NCBI RefSeq assembly: GCF_009914755.1 | Contig: NC_060925.1 | DNA length: 64,000 bases | Direction: 5' to 3' (one strand) | From: the human T2T-CHM13v2.0 reference genome, Homo sapiens | Shown here: one piece after another, positions 12,099-27,900 of the stretch | How the letters are laid out: each line of letters begins with the position of its first letter | Position numbering within the stretch: position 1 is the stretch's first letter | The notes under the pieces: model-generated | Database searches by the model: none | What the model saw: only the letters and a program-made list of their open reading frames with translations | Told to the model about the DNA's origin: nothing | Translations under genes and position numbers: made by a program

Positions 12099-15000
12099 AT
12101 GGAATTGAATGGAATCATCGAATGGTCTCGATTGGAATCATTAACAAATGGAATCGAATGGAATCACCGAATAGAATCGAATGGAACAATCATCGAATGG
12201 ACTCAAATGGAATTATCCTCCAATGGAATCGAATGGAATTATCGAATGCAATCGAATGGAATTATCGAATGCAATCGAATAGAATCATCGAAAGGACTCG
12301 AATGGAATCATCGAATGGAATGGAATGGAACAGTCAATGAACTCGAATGGAATCATCATTGAATGGAATCGAATGGAATCATCGAGTGGAATCGAATGGA
12401 ATTATGATCAAATGGAATCGAATGTAATCATCATCAAATGGAATCAAAAATAACCATCATCAATTGGTATTGAATGGAATTGTCATCAAATGGAATTCAA
12501 AGGAATCATCATCAAATGGAACCGAATGGAAGCCTCATTGAATGGAAATGAAAGGGGTCATCATCTAATGGAATCGCATGGAATCATCATCAAATGGAAT
12601 CGAATGGAATCATCATCAAATGGAATCTAATGGAATCATTGAACAGAATTGAATGGAATCGTCATCGAATGAATTGAATGCAATCATCGAATGGTCTCGA
12701 ATGGAATCATCTTCTAATGGAAAGGAATGGAATCATCGCATAGAATCGAATGGAATTATCATCGAATGGAATCGAATGGTATCAACACCAAACGGAAAAA
12801 AACGGAATTATCGAATGGAATCGAAGAGAATCTTCGAACGGACCCGAATGGAATCATCTAATGGAATGGAATGGAACAATCCATGGACTCGAATGCAATC
12901 ATCATCGAATGGAATCGAATGGAATCATCGAATGGACTCGAATGGAATAATCATTGAACGGAATCGAATGGAATCATCATCGGATGGAAACGAATGGAAT
13001 CATCATACAATGGAAATGAAAGGAGTCATCATCTAATGGAAATGCATGGAATCATCATAAAATGGAATCGAATGGAATCAACATCAAATGGAATCAAATG
13101 GAATAATTGAACGGAAATGAATGGAATCGTCATCGAATGAATTGAATGCAATCATCGAATGGTCTAGAATTGAATCATCTTCAAATGGAATGGAATGGAA
13201 TCATCGCATAGAATCGAATGGAAGTATCATCGAATGGAATCGAATGGAATCAACATCAAACGGAAAAAAACGGAATTATCGAATGGAATCGAAGAGAATC
13301 TTCGAACGGACCCGAATGGAATCATCTAATGGAATGGAATGGAATAATCCATGGACTCGAATGCAATCATCATCGAATGGAATCGAATGGAATCATCGAA
13401 TGGACTCGAATGGAATAATCATTGAACGGAATCGAATGGAATCATCATCGGATGGAAATGAAAGGAGTCATCATCTAATGGAATTGCATGGAATCATCAT
13501 AAAATGGAATCGAATGGAATCAACATCAAATGGAATCAAATGGAATCATTGAACGGAAGTGAATGGAATCGTCATCGAATGAATTGAATGCAATCATCGA
13601 ATGGTCTCGAATGGAATCATCTTCAAATGGAATGGAATGGAATCATCGCATAGAATCGAATGGAATTATCATCGAATGGAATCGAATGGAATCAACATCA
13701 AACGGAAAAAAACGGAATTCTCAAATGGAATCGAAGAGAATCATCGAATGGACCCGAATGGAATCATCTAATGGAATGGAATGGAATAATCCATGGACTC
13801 GAATGCAATCATCATCGAATGGAATCGAATGGAATCATCCAATGGACTCGAATGGAATAATCATTGAACGGAATCGAATGGAATCATCATCGGATGGAAA
13901 TGAATGGAATCATCATCGAATGGAATCGAATAGAATTATGGAATGAAATCCAGTGTGATCATCATCGAATGGACCCGAATGGAATCATCATCCAACGGAT
14001 GCTAATGGAATCAACATCGAATGAATCAAATGGAAACACCATCGAATTGAAACGAATGGAATTACCATGAAATTGAAATGGATGGACTCATCATCGAATG
14101 GATTTGAAAGGAATCATCGAATAAAATTGATTGAAATCATCATCGAATGGAATCGAATGGTATCATTGAATGGAATCGAATGGAATCATCATCAGATGGA
14201 AATGAATGGAATCGTCATAGAATGGAATCGAATGGATTCATTGAATGGAATCAGATGGAATCATCGAATGGACTGGAATGGAATCATTGAATGGTCTCGA
14301 AAGAGATCATGATTGAATGGAATTGAATGGAATCATCGAATGGTCTCGATTGGAATCATTATCAAATGGAATCGAATGGAATCACCGAATAGAATCGAAT
14401 GGAACAATCATCGAATGGACTCAAATGGAATTATCCTCCAATGGAATCGAATGGAATTATCGAATGCAATCGAATGGAATTATCGAATGCAAACGAATAG
14501 AATCATCGAATGGACTCGAATGGAATCATCGAATGGAATGGAATGGAACAGTCAATGAACTCGAATGGAATCATCATTGAATGGAATCGAATGGAATCAT
14601 CGAGTGGAATCGAATGGAATTATGATCAAATGGAATCGAATGTAATCATCATCAAATGGAATCAAAAATAACCATCATCAATTGGTATTGAATGGAATTG
14701 TCATCAAATGGAATTCAAAGGAAACATCATCAAATGGAACCGAATGGAATCCTCATTGAATGGAAATGAAAGGGGTCATCATCTAATGGAATCGCATGGA
14801 ATCATCATCAAATGGAATCGAATGGAATCATCATGAAATGGAATCTAATGGAATCATTGAACAGAATTGAATGGAATCGTCATCGAATGAATTGAATGCA
14901 ATCATCGAATGGTCTCGAATGGAACCATCTTCTAATGGAAAGGAATGGAATCATCGCATAGAATCGAATGGAATTATCATCGAATGGAATCGAATGGTAT

Positions 15001-18000
15001 CAACACCAAACGGAAAAAAACGGAATTATCGAATGGAATCGAAGAGAATCTTCAAACGGACCCGAATGGAATCATCTAATGGAATGGAATGGAATAATCC
15101 ATGGACTCGAATGCAATCATCATCGAATGGAATCGAATGGAATCATCGAATGGACTCGAATGGAATAATCATTGAACGGAATCGAATGGAATCATCATCG
15201 GATGGAAACGAATGGAATCATCATCGAATGGAAATGAAAGGAGTCATCATCTAATGGAATTGCATGGAATCATCATAAAATGGAATCAAATGGAATCAAC
15301 ATCAAATGGAATCAAATGGAATCATTGAACGGAATTGAATGGAATCGTCATCGAATGAATTGAATGCAATCATCGAATGGTCTCGAATGGAATCATCTTC
15401 AAATGGAATGGAATGGAATCATCGCATAGAATCGAATGAAATTATCATCGAATGGAATCGAATGGAATCAACATCAAACGGAAAAAAACGGAATTATCGA
15501 ATGGAATCGAAGAGAATCATCGAATGGACCCGAATGGAATCATCTAATGGAATGGAATGGAATAATCCATGGACTCGAATGCAATCATCATCGAATGGAA
15601 TCGAATGGAATCATCGAATGGACTCGAATGGAATAATCATTGAACGGAATCGAATGGAATCATCATCGGATGGAAATGAAAGGAGTCATCATCTAATGGA
15701 ATTGCATGGAATCATCATAAAATGGAATCGAATGGAATCAACATCAAATGGAATCAAATGGAATCATTGAACGGAATTGAATGGAATCGTCATCGAATGA
15801 ATTGAATGCAATCATCGAATGGTCTCGAATGGAATCATCTTCAAATGGAATGGAATGGAATCATCGCATAGAATCGAATGGAATTATCATCGAATGGAAT
15901 CGAATGGAATCAACATCAAACGGAAAAAAACGGAATTATCGAATGGAATCGAAGAGAATCATCGAATGGACCCGAATGGAATCATCTAATGGAATGGAAT
16001 GGAATAATCCATGGACTCGAATGCAATCATCATCGAATGGAATCAAATGGAATCATCGAATGGACTCGAATGGAATAATCATTGAACGGAATCGAATGGA
16101 ATCATCATCGGATGGAAATGAATGGAATCATCATCGAATGGAATCGAATAGAATTATGGAATGAAATCCAGTGTGATCATCATCGAATGGACCCGAATGG
16201 AATCATCATCCAACGGATGCTAATGGAATCAACATCGAATGAATCAAATGGAAACACCATCGAATTGAAACGAATGGAATTACCATGAAATTGAAATGGA
16301 TGGACTCATCATCGAATGGATTCGAAAGGAATCATCGAATAAAATTGATTGAAATCATCATCGAATGGAATCGAATGGTATCATTGAATGGAATCGAATG
16401 GAATCATCATCAGATGGAAATGAATGGAATCGTCATAGAATGGAATCGAATGGATTCATTGAATGGAATCAGATGGAATCATCGAATGGACTGGAATGGA
16501 ATCATTGAATGGACTCGAAAGAGATCATGATTGAATGGAATTGAATGGAATCATCGAATGGTCTCGATTGGAATCATTATCAAATGGAATCGAATGGAAT
16601 CACCGAATAGAATCGAATGGAACAATCATCGAATGGACTCAAATGGAATTATCCTCCAATGGAATCGAATGGAATTATCGAATGCAATCGAATGGAATTA
16701 TCGAATGCAATCGAATAGAATCATCGAATGGACTCGAATGGAATCATCGAATGGAATGGAATGGAACAGTCAATGAACTCGAATGGAATCATCATTGAAT
16801 GGAATCGAATGGAATCATCGAGTGGAATCGAATGGAATTATGATCAAATGGAATCGAATGTAATCATCATCAAATGGAATCAAAAATAACCATCATCAAT
16901 TGGTATGGAATGGAATTGTCATCAAATGGAATTCAAAGGAAACATCATCAAATGGAACCGAATGGAATCCTCATTGAATGGAAATGAAAGGGGTCATCAT
17001 CTAATGGAATCGCATGGAATCATCATCAAATGGAATCGAATGGAATCAACATCAAATGGAATCTAATGGAATCATTGAACAGAATTGAATGGAATCGTCA
17101 TCGAATGAATTGAATGCAATCATCGAATGGTCTCGAATGGAACCATCTTCTAATGGAAAGGAATGGAATCATCGCATAGAATCGAATGGAATTATCATCG
17201 AATGGAATCGAATGGTATCAACACCAAACGGAAAAAAACGGAATTATCGAATGGAATCGAAGAGAATCTTCGAACGGACCCGAATGGAATCATCTAATGG
17301 AATGGAATGGAATAATCCATGGACTCGAATGCAATGATCATCGAATGGAATCGAATGGAATCATCGAATGGACTCGAATGAAATAATCATTGAACGGAAT
17401 CGAATGGAATCATCATCGGATGGAAACGAATGGAATCATCATCGAATGGAAATGAAAGGAGTCATCATCTAATGGAATTGCATGGAATCATCATAAAATG
17501 GAATCGAATGGAATCAACATCAAATGGAATCAAATGGAATCATTGAACGGAATTGAATGGAATCGTCATCGAATAAATTGAATGCAATCATCGAATGGTC
17601 TCGAATGGAATCATCTTCAAATGGAATGGAATGGAATCATCGCATAGAATCGAATGGAATTATCATCGAATGGAATCGAATGGAATCAACATCAAACGGA
17701 AAAAAACGGAATTATCGAATGGAATCGAAGAGAATCATCGAATGGACCCGAATGGAATCATCTAATGGAATGGAATGGAATAATCCATGGACTCGAATGC
17801 AATCATCATCGAATGGAATCGAATGGAATCATCGAATGGACTCGAATGGAATAATCATTGAACAGAATCGAATGGAATCATCATCGGATGGAAATGAAAG
17901 GAGTCATCATCTAATGGAATTGCATGGAATCATCATAAAATGGAATCGAATGGAATCAACATCAAATGGAATCAAATGGAATCATTGAACGGAATTGAAT

Positions 18001-21000
18001 GGAATCGTCATCGAATGAATTGAATGCAATCATCGAATGGTCTCGAATGGAATCACCTTCAAATGGAATGGAATGGAATCATCGCATAGAATCGAATGGA
18101 ATTATCATCGAATGGAATCGAATGGAATCAACATCAAACGGAAAAAAACGGAATTATCGAATGGAATCGAAGAGAATCATCGAATGGACCCGAATGGAAT
18201 CATCTAATGGAATGGAATGGAATAATCCATGGACTCGAATGCAATCATCATCGAATGGAATCGAATGGAATCATCCAATGGACTCGAATGGAATAATCAT
18301 TGAACGGAATCGAATGGAATCATCATCGGATGGAAATGAATGGAATCATCATCGAATGGAATCGAATAGAATTATGGAATGAAATCCAGTGTGATCATCA
18401 TCGAATGGACCCGAATGGAATCATCATCCAACGGATGCTAATGGAATCAACATCGAATGAATCAAATGGAAACACCATCGAATTGAAACGAATGGAATTA
18501 CCATGAAATTGAAATGGATGGACTCATCATCGAATGGATTTGAAAGGAATCATCGAATAAAATTGATTGAAATCATCATCGAATGGAATCGAATGGTATC
18601 ATTGAATGGAATCGAATGGAATCATCATCAGATGGAAATGAATGGAATCGTCATAGAATGGAATCGAATGGATTCATTGAATGGAATCAGATGGAATCAT
18701 CGAATGGACTGGAATGGAATCATTGAATGGACTCGAAAGAGATCATGATTGAATGGAATTGAATGGAATCATCGAATGGTCTCGATTGGAATCATTATCA
18801 AATGGAATCGAATGGAATCACCGAATAGAATCGAATGGAACAATCATCGAATGGACTCAAATGGAATTATCCTCCAATGGAATCGAATGGAATTATCGAA
18901 TGCAATCGAATGGAATTATCGAATGCAATCGAATAGAATCATCGAATGGACTCGAATGGAATCATCGAATGGAATGGAATGGAACAGTCAATGAACTCGA
19001 ATGGAATCATCATTGAATGGAATCGAATGGAATCATCGAGTGGAATCGAATGGAATTATGATCAAATGGAATCGAATGTAATCATCATCAAATGGAATCA
19101 AAAATAACCATCATCAATTGGTATTGAATGGAATTGTCATCAAATGGAATTCAAAGGAAACATCATCAAATGGAACCGAATGGAATCCTCATTGAATGGA
19201 AATGAAAGGGGTCATCATCTAATGGAATCGCATGGAATCATCATCAAATGGAATCGAATGGAATCATCATGAAATGGAATCTAATGGAATCATTGAACAG
19301 AATTGAATGGAATCGTCATCGAATGAATTGAATGCAATCATCGAATGGTCTCGAATGGAACCATCTTCTAATGGAAAGGAATGGAATCATCGCATAGAAT
19401 CGAATGGAATTATCATCGAATGGAATCGAATGGTATCAACACCAAACGGAAAAAAACGGAATTATCGAATGGAATCGAAGAGAATCTTCGAACGGACCCG
19501 AATGGAATCATCTAATGGAATGGAATGGAATAATCCATGGACTCGAATGCAATCATCATCGAATGGAATCGAATGGAATCATCGAATGGACTCGAATGGA
19601 ATAATCATTGAACGGAATCGAATGGAATCATCATCGGATGGAAACGAATGGAATCATCATCGAATGGAAATGAAAGGAGTCATCATCTAATGGAATTGCA
19701 TGGAATCATCATAAAATGGAATCGAATGGAATCAACATCAAATGGAATCAAATGGAATCATTGAACGGAATTGAATGGAATCGTCATCGAATAAATTGAA
19801 TGCAATCATCGAATGGTCTCGAATGGAATCATCTTCAAATGGAATGGAATGGAATCATCGCATAGAATCGAATGGAATTATCATCGAATGGAATCGAATG
19901 GAATCAACATCAAACGGAAAAAAACGGAATTATCGAATGGAATCGAAGAGAATCATCGAATGGAACCGAATGGAATCATCTAATGGAATGGAATGGAATA
20001 ATCCATGGACTCGAATGCAATCATCATCGAATGGAATCGAATGGAATCATCGAATGGACTCGAATGGAATAATCATTGAACAGAATCGAATGGAATCATC
20101 ATCGGATGGAAATGAAAGGAGTCATCATCTAATGGAATTGCATGGAATCATCATAAAATGGAATCGAATGGAATCAACATCAAATGGAATCAAATGGAAT
20201 CATTGAACGGAATTGAATGGAATCGTCATCGAATGAATTGAATGCAATCATCGAATGGTCTCGAATGGAATCATCTTCAAATGGAATGGAATGGAATCAT
20301 CGCATAGAATCGAATGGAATTATCATCGAATGGAATCGAATGGAATCAACATCAAACGGAAAAAAACGGAATTATCGAATGGAATCGAAGAGAATCATCG
20401 AATGGACCCGAATGGAATCATCTAATGGAATGGAATGGAATAATCCATGGACTCGAATGCAATCATCATCGAATGGAATCGAATGGAATCATCCAATGGA
20501 CTCGAATGGAATAATCATTGAACGGAATCGAATGGAATCATCATCGGATGGAAATGAATGGAATCATCATCGAATGGAATCGAATAGAATTATGGAATGA
20601 AATCCAGTGTGATCATCATCGAATGGACCCGAATGGAATCATCATCCAACGGATGCTAATGGAATCAACATCGAATGAATCAAATGGAAACACCATCGAA
20701 TTGAAACGAATGGAATTACCATGAAATTGAAATGGATGGACTCATCATCGAATGGATTCGAAAGGAATCATCGAATAAAATTGATTGAAATCATCATCGA
20801 ATGGAATCGAATGGTATCATTGAATGGAATCGAATGGAATCATCATCAGATGGAAATGAATGGAATCGTCATAGAATGGAATCGAATTGATTCATTGAAT
20901 GGAATCAGATGGAATCATCGAATGGACTGGAATGGAATCATTGAATGGACTCGAAAGAGATCATGATTGAATGGAATTGAATGGAATCATCGAATGGTCT

Positions 21001-23188
21001 CGATTGGAATCATTATCAAATGGAATCGAATGGAATCACCGAATAGAATCGAATGGAACAATCATCGAATGGACTCAAATGGAATTATCCTCCAATGGAA
21101 TCGAATGGAATTATCGAATGCAATCGAATGGAATTATCGAATGCAATCGAATAGAATCATCGAATGGACTCGAATGGAATCATCGAATGGAATGGAATGG
21201 AACAGTCAATGAACTCGAATGGAATCATCATTGAATGGAATCGAATGGAATCATCGAGTGGAATCGAATGGAATTATGATCAAATGGAATCGAATGTAAT
21301 CATCATCAAATGGAATCAAAAATAACCATCATCAATTGGTATTGAATGGAATTGTCATCAAATGGAATTCAAAGGAAACATCATCAAATGGAACCGAATG
21401 GAATCCTCATTGAATGGAAATGAAAGGGGTCATCATCTAATGGAATCGCATGGAATCATCATCAAATGGAATCGAATGGAATCATCATGAAATGGAATCT
21501 AATGGAATCATTGAACAGAATTGAATGGAATCGTCATCGAATGAATTGAATGCAATCATCGAATGGTCTCGAATGGAACCATCTTCTAATGGAAAGGAAT
21601 GGAATCATCGCATAGAATCGAATGGAATTATCATCGAATGGAATCGAATGGTATCAACACCAAACGGAAAAAAACGGAATTATCGAATGGAATCGAAGAG
21701 AATCTTCGAACGGACCCGAATGGAATCATCTAATGGAATGGAATGGAATAATCCATGGACTCGAATGCAATCATCATCGAATGGAATCGAATGGAATCAT
21801 CGAATGGACTCGAATGGAATAATCATTGAACGGAATCGAATGGAATCATCATCGGATGGAAACGAATGGAATCATCATCGAATGGAAATGAAAGGAGTCA
21901 TCATCTAATAGAATTGCATGGAATCATCATAAAATGGAATCGAATGGAATCAACATCAAATGGAATCAAATGGAATCATTGAACGGAATTGAATGGAATC
22001 GTCATCGAATGAATTGACTGCAATCATCGAATGGTCTCGAATGGAATCATCTTCAAATGGAATGGAATGGAATCATCGCATAGAATCGAATGGAATTATC
22101 ATCGAATGGAATCGAATGGAATCAACATCAAACGGAAAAAAACGGAATTATCGAATGGAATCGAAGAGAATCATCGAATGGACCCGAATGGAATCATCTA
22201 ATGGAATGGAATGGAATAATCCATGGACTCGAATGCAATCATCATCGAATGGAATCGAATGGAATCATCGAATGGACTCGAATGGAATAATCATTGAACG
22301 GAATCGAATGGAATCATCATCGGATGGAAATGAAAGGAGTCATCATCTAATGGAATTGCATGGAATCATCATAAAATGGAATCGAATGGAATCAACATCA
22401 AATGGAATCAAATGGAATCATTGAACGGAATTGAATGGAATCGTCATCGAATGAATTGAATGCAATCATCGAATGGTCTCGAATGGAATCATCTTCAAAT
22501 GGAATGGAATGGAATCATCGCATAGAATCGAATGGAATTATCATCGAATGGAATCGAATGGAATCAACATCAAACGGAAAAAAACGGAATTATCGAATGG
22601 AATCGAAGAGAATCATCGAATGGACCCGAATGGAATCATCTAATGGAATGGAATGGAATAATCCATGGACTCGAATGCAATCATCATCGAATGGAATCAA
22701 ATGGAATCATCGAATGGACTCGAATGGAATAATCATTGAACGGAATCGAATGGAATCATCATCGGATGGAAATGAATGGAATCATCATCGAATGGAATCG
22801 AATAGAATTATGGAATGAAATCCAGTGTGATCATCATCGAATGGACCCGAATGGAATCATCATCCAACGGATGCTAATGGAATCAACATCGAATGAATCA
22901 AATGGAAACACCATCGAATTGAAACGAATGGAATTACCATGAAATTGAAATGGATGGACTCATCATCGAATGGATTCGAAAGGAATCATCGAATAAAATT
23001 GATTGAAATCATCATCGAATGGAATCGAATGGTATCATTGAATGGAATCGAATGGAATCATCATCAGATGGAAATGAATGGAATCGTCATAGAATGGAAT
23101 CGAATGGATTCATTGAATGGAATCAGATGGAATCATCGAATGGACTGGAATGGAATCATTGAATGGACTCGAAAGAGATCATGATTGA
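12099..23188 (+). repeat. Five tandem 2218-bp variant units (1776 + extra 442-bp module)
   Basis: Landmarks at 12099, 14317, 16535, 18753, 20971 and 23189. Three modules per unit spaced 468 and 442 (e.g. 14871, 15339, 15781). Junction CGGATGGAAATGAAAGGAGTC. Confidence 0.93.
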
Positions 23189-24964
23189 ATGGAATTGAAT
23201 GGAATCATCGAATGGTCTCGATTTGAATCATTATCAAATGGAATCGAATGGAATCACCGAATAGAATCGAATGGAACAATCATCGAATGGACTCAAATGG
23301 AATTATCCTCCAATGGAATCGAATGGAATTATCGAATGCAATCGAATGGAATTATCGAATGCAATCGAATAGAATCATCGAATGGACTCGAATGGAATCA
23401 TCGAATGGAATGGAATGGAACAGTCAATGAACTCGAATGGAATCATCATTGAATGGAATCGAATGGAATCATCGAGTGGAATCGAATGGAATTATGATCA
23501 AATGGAATCGAATGTAATCATCATCAAATGGAATCAAAAATAACCATCATCAATTGGTATTGAATGGAATTGTCATCAAATGGAATTCAAAGGAAACATC
23601 ATCAAATGGAACCGAATGGAATCCTCATTGAATGGAAATGAAAGGGGTCATCATCTAATGGAATCGCATGGAATCATCATCAAATGGAATCGAATGGAAT
23701 CATCATCAAATGAAATCTAATGGAATCATTGAACAGAATTGAATGGAATCGTCATCGAATGAATTGAATGCAATCATCGAATGGTCTCGAATGGAACCAT
23801 CTTCTAATGGAAAGGAATGGAATCATCGCATAGAATCGAATGGAATTGTCATCGAATGGAATCGAATGGTATCAACACCAAACGGAAAAAAACGGAATTA
23901 TCGAATGGAATCGAAGAGAATCTTCGAACGGACCCGAATGGAATCATCTAATGGAATGGAATGGAATAATCCATGGACTCGAATGCAATCATCATCGAAT
24001 GGAATCGAATGGAATCATCGAATGGACTCGAATGAAATAATCATTAAACGGAATCGAATGGAATCATCATCGGATGGAAACGAATGGAATCATCATCGAA
24101 TGGAAATGAAAGGAGTCATCATCTAATGGAATTGCATGGAATCATCATAAAATGGAATCGAATGGAATCAACATCAAATGGAATCAAATGGAATCATTGA
24201 ACGGAATTGAATGGAATCGTCATCGAATGAATTGAATGCAATCATCGAATGGTCTCGAATGGAATCATCTTCAAATGGAATGGAATGGAATCATCGCATA
24301 GAATCGAATGGAATTATCATCGAATGGAATCGAATGGAATCAACATCAAACGGAAAAAAACGGAATTATCGAATGGAATCGAAGAGAATCATCGAATGGA
24401 CCCGAATGGAATCATCTAATGGAATGGAATGGAATAATCCATGGACTCGAATGCAATCATCATCGAATGGAATCGAATGGAATCATCCAATGGACTCGAA
24501 TGGAATAATCATTGAACGGAATCGAATGGAATCATCATCGTATGGAAATGAATGGAATCATCATCGAATGGAATCGAATAGAATTATGGAATGAAATCCA
24601 GTGTGATCATCATCGAATGGACCCGAATGGAATCATCATCCAACGGATGCTAATGGAATCAACATCGAATGAATCAAATGGAAACACCATCGAATTGAAA
24701 CGAATGGAATTACCATGAAATTGAAATGGATGGACTCATCATCGAATGGATTTGAAAGGAATCATCGAATAAAATTGATTGAAATCATCATCGAATGGAA
24801 TCGAATGGTATCATTGAATGGAATCGAATGGAATCATCATCAGATGGAAATGAATGGAATCGTCATAGAATGGAATCGAATGGATTCATTGAATGGAATC
24901 AGATGGAATCATCGAATGGACTGGAATGGAATCATTGAATGGACTCGAAAGAGATCATGATTGA

Positions 24965-27900
24965 ATGGAATTGAATGGAATCATCGAATGGTCTCGATTG
25001 GAATCATTATCAAATGGAATCGAATGGAATCACCGAATAGAATCGAATGGAACAATCATCGAATGGACTCAAATGGAATTATCCTCCAATGGAATCGAAT
25101 GGAATTATCGAATGCAATCGAATGGAATTATCGAATGCAATCGAATAGAATCATCGAATGGACTCGAATGGAATCATCGAATGGAATGGAATGGAACAGT
25201 CAATGAACTCGAATGGAATCATCATTGAATGGAATCGAATGGAATCATCGAGTGGAATCGAATGGAATTATGATCAAATGGAATCGAATGTAATCATCAT
25301 CAAATGGAATCAAAAATAACCATCATCAATTGGTATTGAATGGAATTGTCATCAAATGGAATTCAAAGGAAACATCATCAAATGGAACCGAATGGAATCC
25401 TCATTGAATGGAAATGAAAGGGGTCATCATCTAATGGAATCGCATGGAATCATCATCAAATGGAATCGAATGGAATCATCATCAAATGGAATCTAATGGA
25501 ATCATTGAACAGAATTGAATGGAATCGTCATCGAATGAATTGAATGCAATCATCGAATGGTCTCGAATGGAACCATCTTCTAATGGAAAGGAATGGAATC
25601 ATCGCATAGAATCGAATGGAATTATCATCGAATGGAATCGAATGGTATCAACACCAAACGGAAAAAAACGGAATTATCGAATGGAATCGAAGAGAATCTT
25701 CGAACGGACCCGAATGGAATCATCTAATGGAATGGAATGGAATAATCCATGGACTCGAATGCAATGATCATCGAATGGAATCGAATGGAATCATCGAATG
25801 GACTCGAATGAAATAATCATTGAACGGAATCGAATGGAATCATCATCGGATGGAAATGAAAGGAGTCATCATCTAATGGAATTGCATGGAATCATCATAA
25901 AATGGAATCGAATGGAATCAACATCAAATGGAATCAAATGGAATCATTGAACGGAATTGAATGGAATCGTCATCGAATGAATTGAATGCAATCATCGAAT
26001 GGTCTCGAATGGAATCATCTTCAAATGGAATGGAATGGAATCATCGCATAGAATCGAATGGAATTATCATCGAATGGAATCGAATGGAATCAACATCAAA
26101 CGGAAAAAAACGGAATTATCGAATGGAATCGAAGAGAATCATCGAATGGACCCGAATGGAATCATCTAATGGAATGGAATGGAATAATCCATGGACTCGA
26201 ATGCAATCATCATCGAATGGAATCGAATGGAATCATCCAATGGACTCGAATGGAATAATCATTGAACGGAATCGAATGGAATCATCATCGGATGGAAATG
26301 AATGGAATCATCATCGAATGGAATCGAATAGAATTATGGAATGAAATCCAGTGTGATCATCATCGAATGGACCCGAATGGAATCATCATCCAACGGATGC
26401 TAATGGAATCAACATCGAATGAATCAAATGGAAACACCATCGAATTGAAACGAATGGAATTACCATGAAATTGAAATGGATGGACTCATCATCGAATGGA
26501 TTTGAAAGGAATCATCGAATAAAATTGATTGAAATCATCATCGAATGGAATCGAATGGTATCATTGAATGGAATCGAATGGAATCATCATCAGATGGAAA
26601 TGAATGGAATCGTCATAGAATGGAATCGAATGGATTCATTGAATGGAATCAGATGGAATCATCGAATGGACTGGAATGGAATCATTGAATGGACTCGAAA
26701 GAGATCATGATTGAATGGAATTGAATGGAATCATCGAATGGTCTCGATTGGAATCATTATCAAATGGAATCGAATGGAATCACCGAATAGAATCGAATGG
26801 AACAATCATCGAATGGACTCAAATGGAATTATCCTCCAATGGAATCGAATGGAATTATCGAATGCAATCGAATGGAATTATCGAATGCAATCGAATAGAA
26901 TCATCGAATGGACTCGAATGGAATCATCGAATGGAATGGAATGGAACAGTCAATGAACTCGAATGGAATCATCATTGAATGGAATCGAATGGAATCATCG
27001 AGTGGAATCGAATGGAATTATGATCAAATGGAATCGAATGTAATCATCATCAAATGGAATCAAAAATAACCATCATCAATTGGTATTGAATGGAATTGTC
27101 ATCAAATGGAATTCAAAGGAAACATCATCAAATGGAACCGAATGGAATCCTCATTGAATGGAAATGAAAGGGGTCATCATCTAATGGAATCGCATGGAAT
27201 CATCATCAAATGGAATCGAATGGAATCATCATCAAATGGAATCTAATGGAATCATTGAACAGAATTGAATGGAATCGTCATCGAATGAATTGAATGCAAT
27301 CATCGAATGGTCTCGAATGGAACCATCTTCTAATGGAAAGGAATGGAATCATCGCATAGAATCGAATGGAATTATCATCGAATGGAATCGAATGGTATCA
27401 ACACCAAACGGAAAAAAACGGAATTATCGAATGGAATCGAAGAGAATCTTCGAACGGACCCGAATGGAATCATCTAATGGAATGGAATGGAATAATCCAT
27501 GGACTCGAATGCAATGATCATCGAATGGAATCGAATGGAATCATCGAATGGACTCGAATGAAATAATCATTGAACGGAATCGAATGGAATCATCATCGGA
27601 TGGAAATGAAAGGAGTCATCATCTAATGGAATTGCATGGAATCATCATAAAATGGAATCGAATGGAATCAACATCAAATGGAATCAAATGGAATCATTGA
27701 ACGGAATTGAATGGAATCGTCATCGAATGAATTGAATGCAATCATCGAATGGTCTCGAATGGAATCATCTTCAAATGGAATGGAATGGAATCATCGCATA
27801 GAATCGAATGGAATTATCATCGAATGGAATCGAATGGAATCAACATCAAACGGAAAAAAACGGAATTATCGAATGGAATCGAAGAGAATCATCGAATGGA

